Source: Macrostomum lignano (lineage: Eukaryota). Taken from it: a stretch of DNA of 64,000 nucleotides. The translations under genes were made by a program, and so were the position numbers. Below are positions 1 to 12,653 of this stretch, in pieces. The stretch spans positions 1 to 64,000 of the forward strand of contig NIVC01000695.1 of assembly GCA_002269645.1 (NCBI GenBank). Direction: 5' to 3'. Below the pieces are notes generated by a model. It did no database searches. It had not been told where the DNA came from and saw nothing but the letters and a program-made list of their open reading frames with translations. The stretch's first letter is position 1. Each line of letters begins with the position of its first letter.

Positions 1-136
1 AAGTAGATATATTAGTGACAATTTATAGGATAGAGAAGTTAGAACTAAAGAACTGCAGCAACTTGGTGAGATAATTTCAGTAGGAACCATAAGGGCTAGC
101 ACAATACTGTAGTAAGTTAGAGTGCATAGATCTGTA

Positions 137-1416
137 CTACAGAAGAAAGATACTAAACATTAAATAAGTTACATATACAATGAACACGCGCACCTTTATT
201 CCTTCTCCAAAGTCCAAGACAATTTCGTATACATCCCGGAAGGATTCGTGCGAAACCGGTAGTTGCATAAAAACTCGCCTGTTGTTTCCCCTTTGGTCAG
301 AAGAGCCGCCAACCGCGCCTGATGGACACGGAGCACCCAGAGGTTGAAACTCAGTATCGCTCTGCTTAGCATTCGTGTACCAGTCAGTCAAAGTCGTAAC
401 CTCGGTGTCGTCCGAGTTGAGCCGAACTTCAGAGCAAGTACATCCAAGTACAACAGCGCCGGCGTACTCCTGTACTTTTGCTCGTCGTATCGACAAAATG
501 TCGCCGACACTCCAATTGACAGCTTGATCGGAGGACGACCCCCAAAACGTGCAGGAGACAGAACGACAGGACTGGTCAACAAGAGTCACTTTAGCTACGT
601 TTATTCGCTTCCCAGCCTTCGTCATGACTTTCTCGGACTGCTGCAGTGTGTCGATTGCTCCAAGGACATCAACATTTCTAATAAAAGGCAATGAAGAGGG
701 GACAATTTGAAAAGTATTTTAAAACCTTAAAACGCTTTTTGAAGTTCATTTGAATCCTACCTACATCAATGGTCGAATGAATATAATGGACTGCTAGACT
801 AGCCAACATAAAGGGATGAAGGCATAGATTGGATTGCTAATCTAGTCAAAATAATTTATAAAAGCCGAACATACACTACAGTGCTACACGATTGCATATA
901 CAATTCACATTGTCTATACTATTATGTCTATTGTACATATAATAATATTGTATACTGTCTGTCTATACAATACATACAAGTAGACAGATACAATGCAACT
1001 CACCCTTGCAGGCGTACGTTTTGAAGGTCGCTTATTTCAGTATAGTTACACGCCCGTTCAATAACAGTCGGAACTTCATTGCTTCGATATATTGATCCCT
1101 TGGAGTCAACTGAAAGAGATACCTCCATAGGATTGTTCGTTCAGTTGTACCAGTATCTCGGATCCGAAGTCTTTACCATACCGCCGGCTACGCGAACAGC
1201 ATCGGAAGTATTACAAACTTTCTCTCATCTGACTGACTCTCATCTCAGCCGAGTCGTCCACCAAGACGAATGAAAAAACTTCGCCACGAACATCGTTCTT
1301 CATGTAGGACCTGGTCTCCTTCAACTCGGTCACAAGGCCAGTAACCGCTGTATTCATGTAGCCCAGTTCAGGCCGGAGATTTTAATCCTAATCTTCTTGG
1401 TGATTGTAGACGCCAT
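137..1416 (-). pseudogene. RPA1 (RPA70)-like ssDNA-binding OB-fold gene, frameshifted, with a phase-2 intron at 678-1003
   Basis: ORF 137-691 resembles RPA70 DBD-B (VDVLG...KVTLVDQS...SCTFWG...LSIRRAKVQEYAG...DWY). Manual translation of 1004-1416 gives DBD-A-like text (TAVTGLVTELKETRSY...GEVFSFVLVDDSAEMRV...GGMVKTSDPRY) broken by frameshifts and stops. A GTGAGT donor at 1003 and TTAG acceptor at 678 join in frame (LQG|NVDVLG). ATG at 1416. Confidence 0.75.
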
Positions 1417-2200
1417 TGTTGCTAAGTTGTTCAGTTTTAACAAAGTATAAACAAAACTTAGAAAATAGAAAGAGCTTCTAAAATTTTGCAGTGCAAAATA
1501 CTTCAGTAGAAATAGCAGGTTAAAAATCACAATTTGCAATAAATTTTGACTTAAAAAGTCAAGCCGACACCCCAATCACCAGCAGTCAACCCACGCCACT
1601 AAACAGCCAATCAGAATGCAGATACCCCCCTCCCCTGTCTGCAATCTCTTCGCTTCCAGACTAAATCGGCTGGGTGAGTGGGCTCTGGACCTTGTGGCGT
1701 GATCTCGCGACGCTAATTGAACTCCCACGGCCAACCCCTCTCAACGTTATCTGCGACTTATCGTTTTTCACACTCATGAAAAGCAGCACAAACTTTCTTA
1801 GTCATTTATCCAGTAATCTGAACTTGTCTGTGTTTACTCCATTTTCATTTTGAAAGTTTTGTGTAGCCAATGTTTGGCTTGGAGCTTAACTGACAACACT
1901 CCAAGGGCTAGTACGCACTGTTGATATTGGCTGGCGTTTGTTCATCAGAAATCCCCACAAGTTATGATTGAGGATATTTACATAATTCGGATTTCTTGGA
2001 GTAGAAACAGAATAGGGAAAGTAGCCTTGGGTATAGATCTAGACCACATGTAACACTAAGTGTGAGCGAGCTGGCTACCTCGTGAGTTGAGCTGCGCAAC
2101 TCATGGAAATTGTACTGAAAATAATTAAGTGTTAAAGGCGGCTTTGTTTTATTTGAGCATGTTTAGTTGACTGCTATGAGAAACTAATTGAATCAGTTTG

Positions 2201-2986
2201 AACCGAGTCTCTCTTCTATATAACTTCTTCTATGTAACTGAATCTCTATATAACTGAGTCTCTATATAACTGAGTCCCTATAGACTTAGGTATGGAGCCA
2301 ATGACAACATTGAGGATTAAAGCTTGAGTGGGGTATAAATGATCAAAAAAGTAAAATAGGTTAAAGTAAAGACTAAAAGGCGAAAGTAAACACTCAAATA
2401 CAGACGCCGAGGTTAGGGTTTATTTTTGCACCTTTGAGGCTTGTACAATAAATATGCTTTGATTTAGGATTATGAAAATGAACATCTCTAATTCCCACGT
2501 GCTGAGTACCATCCCCATTCTGCATTCTACGTGGCCACCACATCCATAATTCCCACTTGTTGAGTTGAGTGCAATTGCTCATCTGCTCCCCACAGAGCCA
2601 CCAGAAATAACTACAAAATACAACCACATTGCGCAATGCTTACAGCTCTTTTGTGCGGCTTAAGTAAACCCCACTTTTGCCGAAATGATGAGTAGATATT
2701 ATTCAGCGTTTTTTTAATATAGCAACAAACCAGAAGCAGGGGACGGCAACTAATAGGAGAGCTTTCCAAAGAATTCTACAAAGTTTATTCCTAAGTCTAT
2801 AGAGACTCAATTAAATAGAGACTCAGTTATATAGAGACTCAGTTATATAGAGACTCAGTTATATAGAGACTCAGTTATATAGAGACTCAGTTATATAGAG
2901 ACTCAGTTATATAGAGACTCAGTTATATAGAGACTCAGTTATATAGAGACTCAGTTATATAGAGACTGTTATATAGAGACTCTGTT
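2201..2986. mobile_element. Foldback/MITE-like non-autonomous element with inverted arms built of 16-bp tandem units
   Basis: The left arm (CTCTATATAACTGAGT units, then CTATAGACTTAGG) is the reverse complement of the right arm (CCTAAGTCTATAG, then about 11 ACTCAGTTATATAGAG units). No TSD identified. Confidence 0.55.
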
Positions 2987-4329
2987 GATTTTTGAGCGGG
3001 TTGAGATCAAGCTAGTCATCATATGTACACAGGTGTTAAGAGTCGCCGGGGCCGAAACTCTTGCTTCAGCTCCGTTGCCAAGCGGCGCGGCCTGCTCACT
3101 GGTGGGCGCGGCTGCTGCAGACCGGTATATATATATATATATATACTCGCAGAAAACTCAAGACCTCTGCACTCAGCCATAGTCACTCGGAACATTCTTT
3201 ATTCCCAGACATTCCCAGACTAAAAAACAAAGCATGCGCGGCTATTTTCTGCTGTACATTTTCATCTCTAGCGTCTTCACCGAGTATAGGTAAGTATTTA
3301 TTATATACTTCTTTAATTTTTGTTAAAAAGAGGCATTAGTACAAAATTGTATATTATCAGAAGAGACTGTATTGGATCTTATTCCTTCTTTTTATAATTA
3401 ACCTAGCCTAGAAGAGGAAGCATTTCTATTTTTAAAAAATTATGTGACATGTTCTGCGTTCTTATTCGTGTTTAACTTTACGAATATGACAGGTCACGAC
3501 CCTCTATTTCGTGTGAACTTAACGACTAAACGTAACGGCCAAATGCATTTCGAGCTTGATGCCAACATTTATGTTCTGATTGCCGAAGTAGCTTTCTGGG
3601 CTATTATCAAGATATTTATGTTGGTAATAAGAAGAATTTTTAGCAAGGAAAGAAGAGGACGCATGCAGAGCCCAGCAGCCGCAGATTTTTTTACGTTGAA
3701 TGTGGTGAACTACATTTATAATTTCTTCAACTAGACTTTTTATTCACTTCGTTCCTTAATAAGTATGCCGAGGGAGTGTCAAGCCAACACTCCCTGGCCG
3801 CGCGTCAGCCGTTTTAAAGATTGGCTCTTGCGCCTGTATATTTTTAAATAGTAGGTTTGCAGATGTACATAGACTTAATGCTTAGGTTAGACTGTATTTT
3901 TAGTAGACTTTTTATTCACTACTTATGCGGACGGTTTTCTACATTCTTGTTTTATAATTCATGTTTTAAACTTGATTTTCATGTTGCATGTTTTATGCCT
4001 TCAGGCTCGACAATTCTCCAGTTTTTGTATTTTTTTGTTTTGAAATTTTGCTTCTTATGTAAATAATGTAATGTAAAATGTAATGTAATGTAAATAATGT
4101 AATGTAAATAATTGCTTCCTATCATGTAAAACAGATAGATAAGTTTCATGTGTGAGATAAAGGAAGGTAAAGGCAACAACACGTGGCAACAATAAATCTT
4201 ATTCAATTCAATAAGTCGGAACAGGTTGGCCACGGATACAATCAATATTCGACCAAATCCTGGTGATGACATTGATCAGTCTTTTACTTGACTTGTTGTT
4301 TCAAAGAGAATTGGAAATTTATTGTTATG

Positions 4330-4697
4330 GAGCTCAATTTTCTGTATTTAGTTTGAGCCGCTCTAACGGCCTCAAATACCGTTCTCAGGGCCTCAAATAC
4401 CGTTCTCAGGGTTATGAAGCTCACTTTTCTGTTTTTAGTTTCAGCCGCTCTAACGGCCTCAAAAACCGTACTCAGGGCCTTAAATACCGTTCTCAAGGCT
4501 TCAAAAACCGTTCCCAGGGTTATGGAGCTCACTTTTCTGTTTTTAGTTTCAGCCGCTCTAACGGCCTTAAGTACCGTTCTCAGGGCCTCAAAATCCGTTC
4601 TCAGGGTTATAGAGCTCACTTTTCTGTTTTTAGTTTCAGCCGCTCTAACGGCCTCAAAAACAGTACTCAGGGCCTCAAATACCGTTCTCGTGGCCTC
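4330..4697. repeat. Higher-order tandem repeat (about 87-108 bp units with 21-bp subunits)
   Basis: GAGCTCACTTTTCTGTTTTTAGTTTCAGCCGCTCTAACGGCC-like text recurs 4 times, with variable numbers of CTCAGGGCCTCAAATACCGTT subunits. The long ORFs on both strands follow from periods divisible by 3. Confidence 0.9.
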
Positions 4698-4719
4698 TAG
4701 ATAGATATATGGATATATG

Positions 4720-4762
<43 letters not shown>
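4720..4762. repeat. (GATA)n microsatellite
   Basis: Direct reading. Confidence 0.95.
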
Positions 4763-5084
4763 GGCAGAAACCACCAGAAAATTCTGATTAAGGATGAGGG
4801 CCGGTTTGAAGATGGGGCTTTTATGGGGCTTTGCACATCTTTGAGAGGTGCCTCGCACGCTTGTAAATGGGCTTCACACCTTTATAGGAGGGGAATCGCA
4901 CGCTTATAAGAGGAGAATCGCACGCTTTTAAGAGGGTTTTTGCACACTTTTGTGAGGGGCCTCGTTGTTGATCAGGAATCCCCACAAATAATGATTGAGG
5001 ATAAAACAGAATTTCGCGACAAATGCCTCAAAATAAACTTTTGAATATTGCCTCCTCATGTGACCGAAGTGCCGCCTTGATTAT

Positions 5085-5300
5085 CTGAAGATCTGTAGTC
5101 TGTATTATAATTAATCAAATACCCCTTTTTGGCTTTAAAATATGAATTTTTTCTATATTAATTATAATTTAGGGGCAAACACGCAAACTCACCTACTGAC
5201 CACAGTAGCATGCTAAGGGTATGCCAAGGACCCGATTTTTTATGCAAGAACAAAAAATCATAGATGCCCATAGATTTGAGCAGCAACATAGGAGAGTTAC
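5085..5300 (+). repeat. Dispersed repeat module (second copy at about 7617-7800)
   Basis: TCTGAAGAT...TCTGTATTATAATT.ATCAAATACCCCTTTTT...GGGCAAA(A)CACGCAA...CACCTACT...GTAGCATGC...GGACCCGATTTTTTAT occurs at both sites. Confidence 0.8.
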
Positions 5301-7299
5301 ACTACAAGTTAGCGACATTCTGGACGCCACAGGCTTACATATTGACCTGGATTTTAATGGGGATCGCTTCTGCGTCTATTTCAGAGTACGGGAAATCAAA
5401 TCGCATTGAGATCCATCAAAATTAAGTGGCATCCCGAAATCAATTCTGTCAGTGGTACCCCCGTCAAAATGACAAGCCTTGACAGGCAATGTAATGCTGT
5501 CATGCTTTCTACAAACAGTAAAATTTTCACCCTTGTAAATACAATTAGAAAATAGATTAGGTTTAGATTTACTTTATAACAGACAAACAAACGTACCGAC
5601 CATTTTTGTTTCTATTTGCAAAGCAGAAACCCCTCCCCCCCAGATAGATAGATAGCTGGAGAACGGAGACAGGTCGCGCAGCAACAGAAACCTGCCAAAC
5701 TCCGGCATGCAACCCGAATCCCTGTCGCTCCATCAACCGGAGCCACCTAGGCTGGCCGAGAGGCGACCGCGAATTCCCGCTCGAAAACCGCTCGCTAGGA
5801 AACCACTTGGCAACGGACAGCAGCTGTCTCCGGCTGCAGCCATCGGCCTCTCCGTATAAGAGTTAGAAATCTGAAGTTTTGCTCTCAGAAAGAAGATAGA
5901 TAGAAATTTATGAAAAGTCCAGACGCAGTGAAGGGCGAGGCAGAAAAGCACAATGGAACCTTTAGTTAGTAAGAGAACAGCAAATAGAAACAGCTCTAAG
6001 ATAATTACACAGCTGTCAATCAAATTGAATCTCGAATCCAATTAAGCCCCTTCCCATTCCAGTCAGCCACGACACCCCGCCGCAGGAACCATGCCGATTA
6101 AACTGGCTGAGAGAAGTGGCCCAGCTTAGAGAACAACGCGGCACGCGGCATCTTCTGGCGCACCCTGAGGGAGAAAAGTGAGGCCCACCTACAGACTCCT
6201 ATCCAATCTGAAGTGGCCCAAGAGGGCGAGATCAACCCCAAGCTGCCTGACAACCGAGAGAAACAAAGGACTGTTTAATCATCAATGGACAGAGTCAAGA
6301 GACGGAAAACTAAGTACTTTTCTATAATCTTTCTATCCTAAATTTTATCCAACTCAACACATAGATTTGCGAAAGCCCGAATAATCTCTAACCCTCACAC
6401 TTAGCAACCTGCAACCTACTAGAACTAACTAAATTCATGTACAACTAGGGGTCTGTGTCCCAGATTGTTATTGCTCAACCCCCCCGCCGTTGCTAACAAC
6501 GCGAAGACACCCCACCGGCGGCGGGGGAGGCCAAAAATGCTAATTGGTATAAATAGACGCTCATCTCAAACTGGAGCGGCGCTTCGTTTTTTTCTGCGCA
6601 GTTTTTGATCTCGAATTGCTCCATTGAATCAGTCTCTGGATTATCCAGTTGGCACAAATCCAAGTCTTCAATATAATTATTTGTCTTAATTGTCGCGCAG
6701 ATCAAATCCGAGAGAGACTCAAACTCAGCTTAGATACTAGCAGATCCCGTCAGTTTATACGGTTTTCTCTTACGGCCTGATCGGAGAAATTAGAGCTGTA
6801 CGAACCTTAGACCGCTAGACATCTATCTTAAGAAAGTGAGAGCACAAACTCAAAGGCCCCAGTGAACAACGCGTATATTCCGGCCTCACCGGTCTCAACC
6901 TTTGAAGTCGAGCTTTCGAATCGGATCGAAAATCCCGGAGCTGGCCTCAGCAACAGCCGCAGGCGCACCTGTGGAGTCTCAACTCGACTGATTCTAAAAA
7001 TAGCACAAACCGGCCAACAATGAGTGCCTAGCTGAGCTGCATGCCCAGTGGGGGGTTCGAATTCTTCCCCTTTTTTGTTAGCTCTACTATTGATACATTT
7101 CAGCTGCATGCAGGTGTGAAGGCGTAAAACATTATGTTGCGGCTTGTTAACTTTCGGCTTGTTTTCGATATGTAAAAGAAATGCACTGAAATCGTAAATA
7201 GATCCTCTCTAAATGTTAATTAACTCACTAGACATCATAAGAACATTATATATTTGTAAAATACAAGGCTGATGAAGACTCGACTACCCGTGAGGCTTA

Positions 7300-7800
7300 T
7301 AGGAACGGTTTTTTAGGCTCCAAAAACGGTTTTTGAGGCCGTGAAAACACTTATAATTGGCCAGTGATCCTTACAATTCAACAAGCCAGGAGCGGGGGCG
7401 GCAATCAATAGGAGAGCTTCACTAAGGATTCTGTAATTTCATTTGTAAGTAGATACAGATTCAGTTGTATAGAGATTCAATTACATAGAATAAGTTATAT
7501 AGAGACTTAGTTATATAGAGACACAGTTATATAGACATTCAGTTATATAGACTCAGTTAATAGTTATTCCAAATAATCAAATTTAATCCCTAATTATTTT
7601 TTAAAAATGTATTCTAATCTGAAGATACGTATTCTGTATTATAATTTATCAAATACCCCTTTTTTCGATTTAAAATATTACTTTTCGTAAATTAATTATA
7701 ATTTAGGGCAAAACACGCAATTTCACCTACTCACATTAGTAGCATGCCGTGGATATGCAACGGACCCGATTTTTTATTGCAAGAGCGAAAAATGCAGAAA
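7300..7800. repeat. Composite of the same repeat modules (21-mer reverse complement, AATAGGAGAGCTT block, degenerate 16-mers, 5085-type module)
   Basis: Similar by eye to 4330-4697 (reverse complement), 2745-2986 and 5085-5300. Confidence 0.65.
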
Positions 7801-8961
7801 ATATTTCAAGACTTTTACTAATCCCTAATCAAATAAAATTAAGCCTTGCGGTCACTAAAGTTCTCAGCCAAGCCCATAATCCCAAGTGTTGAGGGAATAA
7901 TTACGCTTTACCTGGCTCCGCTGCCCTGACGCTCCAGGTGAATCATTGGGCGCGATTAATGCCTTGAAATAAACTTTTTATAACGTGTAGCGCCAGTAGC
8001 AAAACTATAAATAAATAAACATTTTCTTGCTTCAAAAAGCTCTAGCTCCCTCCCCCAAGCCTTGCGCGCACTGCCATCGTCCCGGTCGGTCTGAGTTCTG
8101 TACGAAAACGCTTCAAATCTACTGAAAGTAAGTCGACTGTAAATTTCTTCTTTATTTTCTATTTCGTTTAAATTTTAATTTTCTTCTCATTTCCTTGGCC
8201 CATAGAATGTCTTAGGGACTAAATTCTTTAGCTAGTTTGCTGTCCCAGTCTCGCCTGCCCTGAGACTCCCTCTCCCCTTCTTTTTGCTCTCTTATTTGTT
8301 TATTTTCGGGCTCTTTAGCACTTAGGGTTCCTCTTTAAGGGTTGGGTCTAGGACGCGCTGTCCTGTTAGCTAGCTAGTTATTTTTCAGTTATTTAGCTCT
8401 TTTTGTAAAAATTTTTGGCTTCGGCTTGGGGAAACCCCTGCCCAAATTTTTCTTAATTAGTTTATTTTAGATCGTTTTTGCAAGTTTCTCTTGCTGTTCG
8501 CTTTTGCAGTATTTTTTAAACAACTTTAAAATTTAATTAATTCATTTTCGATCTGATTTCTTTAATTTAAGATTAATTCTCATTCTGCCTACTTTTCGTT
8601 AAATACTTAGTTACAGGTTTTTCGCTATTCTTCACTCTTTATATCTAAAAATTTAACTTGATTTATATTAATTTATTTACAATTTCCCCGGGTTTCTTTC
8701 ACTTTCTTTTCTTTCAATCGAGACAGTGCGTGTGAGGCTTGTGGACGTATTTAACTGCTCTGACAACTGCTTTGAACTGCCACTATCTACCAATTCATTT
8801 GAACTGCTCCATTTATTAACTGTTTTACATTTTTATATTGAACTGCCCTAGTTTTACAAGTTCTGCATTCCGTTTTACATTGCTGAACTGACTCATAGTT
8901 TTACTTTGACTCTCTACCTCTAATAGCATTATATTAATTAGTAAACTTACTCAGCATTGTC

Positions 8962-10011
8962 ATGAGCACAATTAAAGAAGAAATGGAAGTCACTGACAAC
9001 GGAAAGAGGCCAGCTCGAGACACTTCGTCGCCGGTGGTCGCTTCAACCAAAAAGCCCAATACTCGAGCCTCAGCAGGACCTGAAGACAGCAGAGCTACAC
9101 CGGCAAGAAGAACATTCTTGCCTGAATCCTCTCCAAGGTCTGCAGATGGCCGCTCTGCTGGCAAGCAGCCTCAAACAGCGTATCCTGACCTGAAATATGA
9201 TGCGACTGATATGGCACTCCTTAGCATTCCTAGGCCAAACAGAAGCAACGAGAAAACAGTTAACTTACTGCAAAATTGCAACATTACCTATGCACCCAAT
9301 GCTCTAAACGGCTCCGAGACAGCTCTCTACAAGGCAATAATGAAAGAAATTGCACCTAGCGCATTCCACCACTGCACTAACGGAAAACCTGAGGCCTGTC
9401 AAATCGCATGGTTCGGGCCCAGTTACTGCTACGGAGGTACTAGAATCGAAGCTAATGACAACTGGCACCCTATCATAGCTCGTCTTGTGACTTGGCTGCA
9501 TTTAGAATTCAGGCTGCCACTTTTCAACTCATGTTTAATAAACTTTTACAAGGACGGCACTATTGGAATACCTTGGCATTCTGACGATGAAACAGAGCTC
9601 GGCGAAGACCCGGTAATTGCCTCTCTATCTCTAGGAGCCGCTCGTGACTTCCAGGTTCGCTCCAAATCATCACCGGCGAACATCATGTACTCACAAAAGC
9701 TTGGCAATGGCAGCCTCCTGGTAATGAGTGGTGCCACCCAGCGCCTTCTGCAGCACTCAGTGCCAAGGGATCCAAATTGCAAAGAGATGAGGATAAATCT
9801 TACGTTCCGCCTTACCAAGGACAATAGAATTTCTGCCGCTGACGACGCTCTGCCGCCCAACCCGTGCGTCAGGTTCACCCAAAACGCGATATCCATCACT
9901 TGTGACCTAGACGATGAGGACTGTCAAACGCAGGGCAGAAGAGGAGGCAGTCAATCTGGAGAGAGTCAGGCAAAACTCTGCAAGCAAAAGCAACCAGGAC
10001 CAAGTGGATAG
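8962..10011 (+). CDS. AlkB-family (ALKBH2/3-like) 2OG-Fe(II) dioxygenase with disordered N-terminus, probably transposon-borne
   Basis: ATG start and no intron needed. Motifs: WFGPSYCYGG, FNSCLINFY, HxD (WHSDDE), distal His (LQHSVP), RxxxxxR (RINLTFR). Confidence 0.88.
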   Translation: MSTIKEEMEVTDNGKRPARDTSSPVVASTKKPNTRASAGPEDSRATPARRTFLPESSPRSADGRSAGKQPQTAYPDLKYDATDMALLSIPRPNRSNEKTVNLLQNCNITYAPNALNGSETALYKAIMKEIAPSAFHHCTNGKPEACQIAWFGPSYCYGGTRIEANDNWHPIIARLVTWLHLEFRLPLFNSCLINFYKDGTIGIPWHSDDETELGEDPVIASLSLGAARDFQVRSKSSPANIMYSQKLGNGSLLVMSGATQRLLQHSVPRDPNCKEMRINLTFRLTKDNRISAADDALPPNPCVRFTQNAISITCDLDDEDCQTQGRRGGSQSGESQAKLCKQKQPGPSG

Positions 10012-10761
10012 GAAGTCACGCAGTCAAGATCAAACAGCAAAGCAACCAGGCAAACAGGACATCAAGCAACAGCCAAGCAATCAGGACACGAGGCACCAAC
10101 TAGATCTGCAGCCAACAGGCAACATGAGCAACCAGCAACAAAGTCAAAATCAGCAATGTGGGCCGGCGGCCAGTGCGGCCAGCCAGGCTAAAAAAAGAAA
10201 ATACCAGTAACCCGGCGGCCAGTACAGCCGACCAGGCAGAAGTAAAAACCAGTAAACCGGCGGTCAGTATAGCCAACCAGGATACTAACTCTGAAAACAA
10301 TAGACCGGCGGCAAGTACAGCCGACCAGGACACCTCAAATCAGCCAAGCAATCAACACACTGAATCAACTCAACAGAAGAATCACAGGAAAATAGCACCA
10401 TCCGAAAGGCTCTGCCTGATAATCGGGAGTCGGAATCCAGTCGTAGTGCAGCAGCTACTATCGAAAGAAAGTCTCGACCGAAGCAACTAGCAAAGCGGGA
10501 ACTACTAAGGACGCTGTACGAGTGTGTGTGACCTACGAAAGCATCGTTTGCAACAGGATGTGGATTGGGGAGCTGAAGAAAAAGAAATTGGAACTTGAAA
10601 TAAAACTGCTGGAACGGGAACCAAACAAATGTGCGTGAACGAGATATTTTGAAATTATGTGACACGTTCGTGAAAGAAGCATCAAAAACCTAAATTGACA
10701 TATTTTACTAACTTAAACGGTTTATCTGTTTGTTGTTGTTTGATTGTTCTTATTCAAATCC

Positions 10762-11783
10762 TTAGGCATTAGCTGCAGAAATAAAGTTCAGGAGTCGACT
10801 GCGTGGATCGTTGCCTTGCAATGGATCGCCCTCATTGGCGATTGGTTCGTACATAAATTCTTCCGTGGGTTGCAATTCTTCATGCCGATTGTTAGAGGCC
10901 ACAATGTAATTCTGCAGTAGTGTACAGTACTTAATGATCTCACATGCGTAGACAGGGTCAACTCGCAACTGTGTAGATAGGCAGGCAAAGCGCTGCTTTA
11001 GAACGCCTAAGTAGCACTCGACTAGTCGTCTCGTTTTTGCATGAACAATGTTAAACTGATTCTACGATTGGGGTGATAAGCCACTGCTTTAGACTGTATC
11101 CGCTATCTCCCAATATTAATGCATTGGGAAATGGTCTCCAGCCTCCTTCAAAGGCGTCGCTCATCGTGCTGTTGTTCAATACACGTTTGTCATTGAGTCT
11201 CCCAGGCCAACGCGCAGACACTAAATGCCTGAAGCTGAGGGCCAGCCACTACCATGAAATTTATAGAGTGGTTACCGTGTCTGTCAACGAACTGATCTTC
11301 ATCAGTAACCGGAGCTCGGATCTTGATCAGCGTAACATCGACACAGCCAGCAACGCATGGCATGCCACCGACTCTGTAGAAATCTTGTGCTATCTGTGCT
11401 CGCTTCTGATTGCATTCCGGCCAACGGACCAGCTCGTCGAATAGTCTGTTATTCAATGCAGTAACGACGCGCCGGACAGTACGACATAGGGTGGCCTTTG
11501 AGACGCCATGCGCGTCTCCAACAGCATGATAGAAACTTCCGCATGCGAGGAATCGGAGCGTACTCAGTAATTGCTCTCGTACAGTCAACGATCCTTGTCG
11601 GACAGTTGCGTGGGTCAAGGCAGGTCCAATAATTTCCAACAAATCTTCAACTTGATCAGATGAAAGCCGGAATTTCTCCACGAAATCTATGCAATGGGGC
11701 TGAAAGTTGATTCGTTCTTTGAAGATCCGCACTGCATAAGCTTCATTGAGAAGAGCATCTTCTTCTTCACTGTCGCTAAACAT
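10762..11783 (-). pseudogene. PIF/Harbinger transposase (DDE_Tnp_4/HARBI1-like), frameshifted
   Basis: KFRLS...QLLSTLRFLACGSFY...GVSKATLCR...WP...PCVAGCVDVTLIKI...NHSIN. After a frameshift the text continues WPG..ND and ILGDSGY. The C-terminal helix CEIIKYCTLLQNY is in ORF 10762-10968. Confidence 0.9.
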
Positions 11784-11824
11784 GCTTTATCCAAGTATTC
11801 TATCCTATATAAGTTCTAGTTCAT

Positions 11825-12083
11825 CCAAGTAGACTGTTGACAAGAGCTTAGGCCACTTGTAGACTTGTCATTGACAAGTGGGACCCTTCGATAGTGCTCA
11901 AGCTAAATCTGTGTTGTCTATGGCCAAAATAACGGCAAAAACGGCTTGACAAATTGTCACTTATCACTTATCACTTGTTAAATTGTCATCCCTCCTCATG
12001 AAACGCTATAATTGTGAAATTTTACACTTGTCCCTTGTAAATTGTCAACTTGTCACTTGTACTTGCTTCATGAAATCGGCCCC
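11825..12083 (-). mobile_element. Probable terminal region of the Harbinger element
   Basis: Clustered TTGTCA/TGACAA subterminal motifs end in TTCATGAAATCGGCCCC (reverse complement GGGGCCGATTTCATGAA, Harbinger-like TIR start). The partner TIR was not found. Confidence 0.45.
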
Positions 12084-12232
12084 TGATAAAGAGAGTATAA
12101 AGAGAGCTGTTTTAAAGAGAGCTGATAGTATGTCCCTTGCATTGAAATGTCTATGGCCCTTCCTACGTTTTTGGGTGTCGTAGAATGACTGCGAAATATT
12201 TTGTGCGAAAGCTTTAACCCTCAACAAACAGC

Positions 12233-12612
12233 GTGATAATGCCATCAATCAATGTAAACTGCGTCATCTGCGATGCGGAAATGCGTAAAGACAACCTGAC
12301 ACGCCATGCTAGAAGTCAACAACCAGATCATCGCGTCGAAGATATCTTATGGTTTGCGACCTTCGAGCGATCAGTTAATTCTGGTCACCACATGTGCTGT
12401 GTGTGTAGAGAGGCGTGCGTGCAGCTCCGCTCGCACTACAGAAGCCACCACCCGGAGCTCAATGAGCATAAGGGAAAGCCCATAAAGGGCGAGGATCATA
12501 AGTGCAGGCACGTGAGTACGCACGAGCCTATCTAGCTGTGGCCCGCACAAAGATTATTAATGGCGACCACGACCACTGCCACCGCATCTTGATCGTGGCA
12601 CCAAGCCAAGAC

Positions 12613-12653
<41 letters not shown>

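Noticed and set aside
4263-4704. Three long overlapping ORFs on both strands
   Set aside because: By-product of a tandem repeat whose periods are multiples of 3.
5600-7200. GC-richer stretch with short ORFs
   Set aside because: No recognisable domain motifs in any frame; probably decayed TE sequence that I cannot assign.
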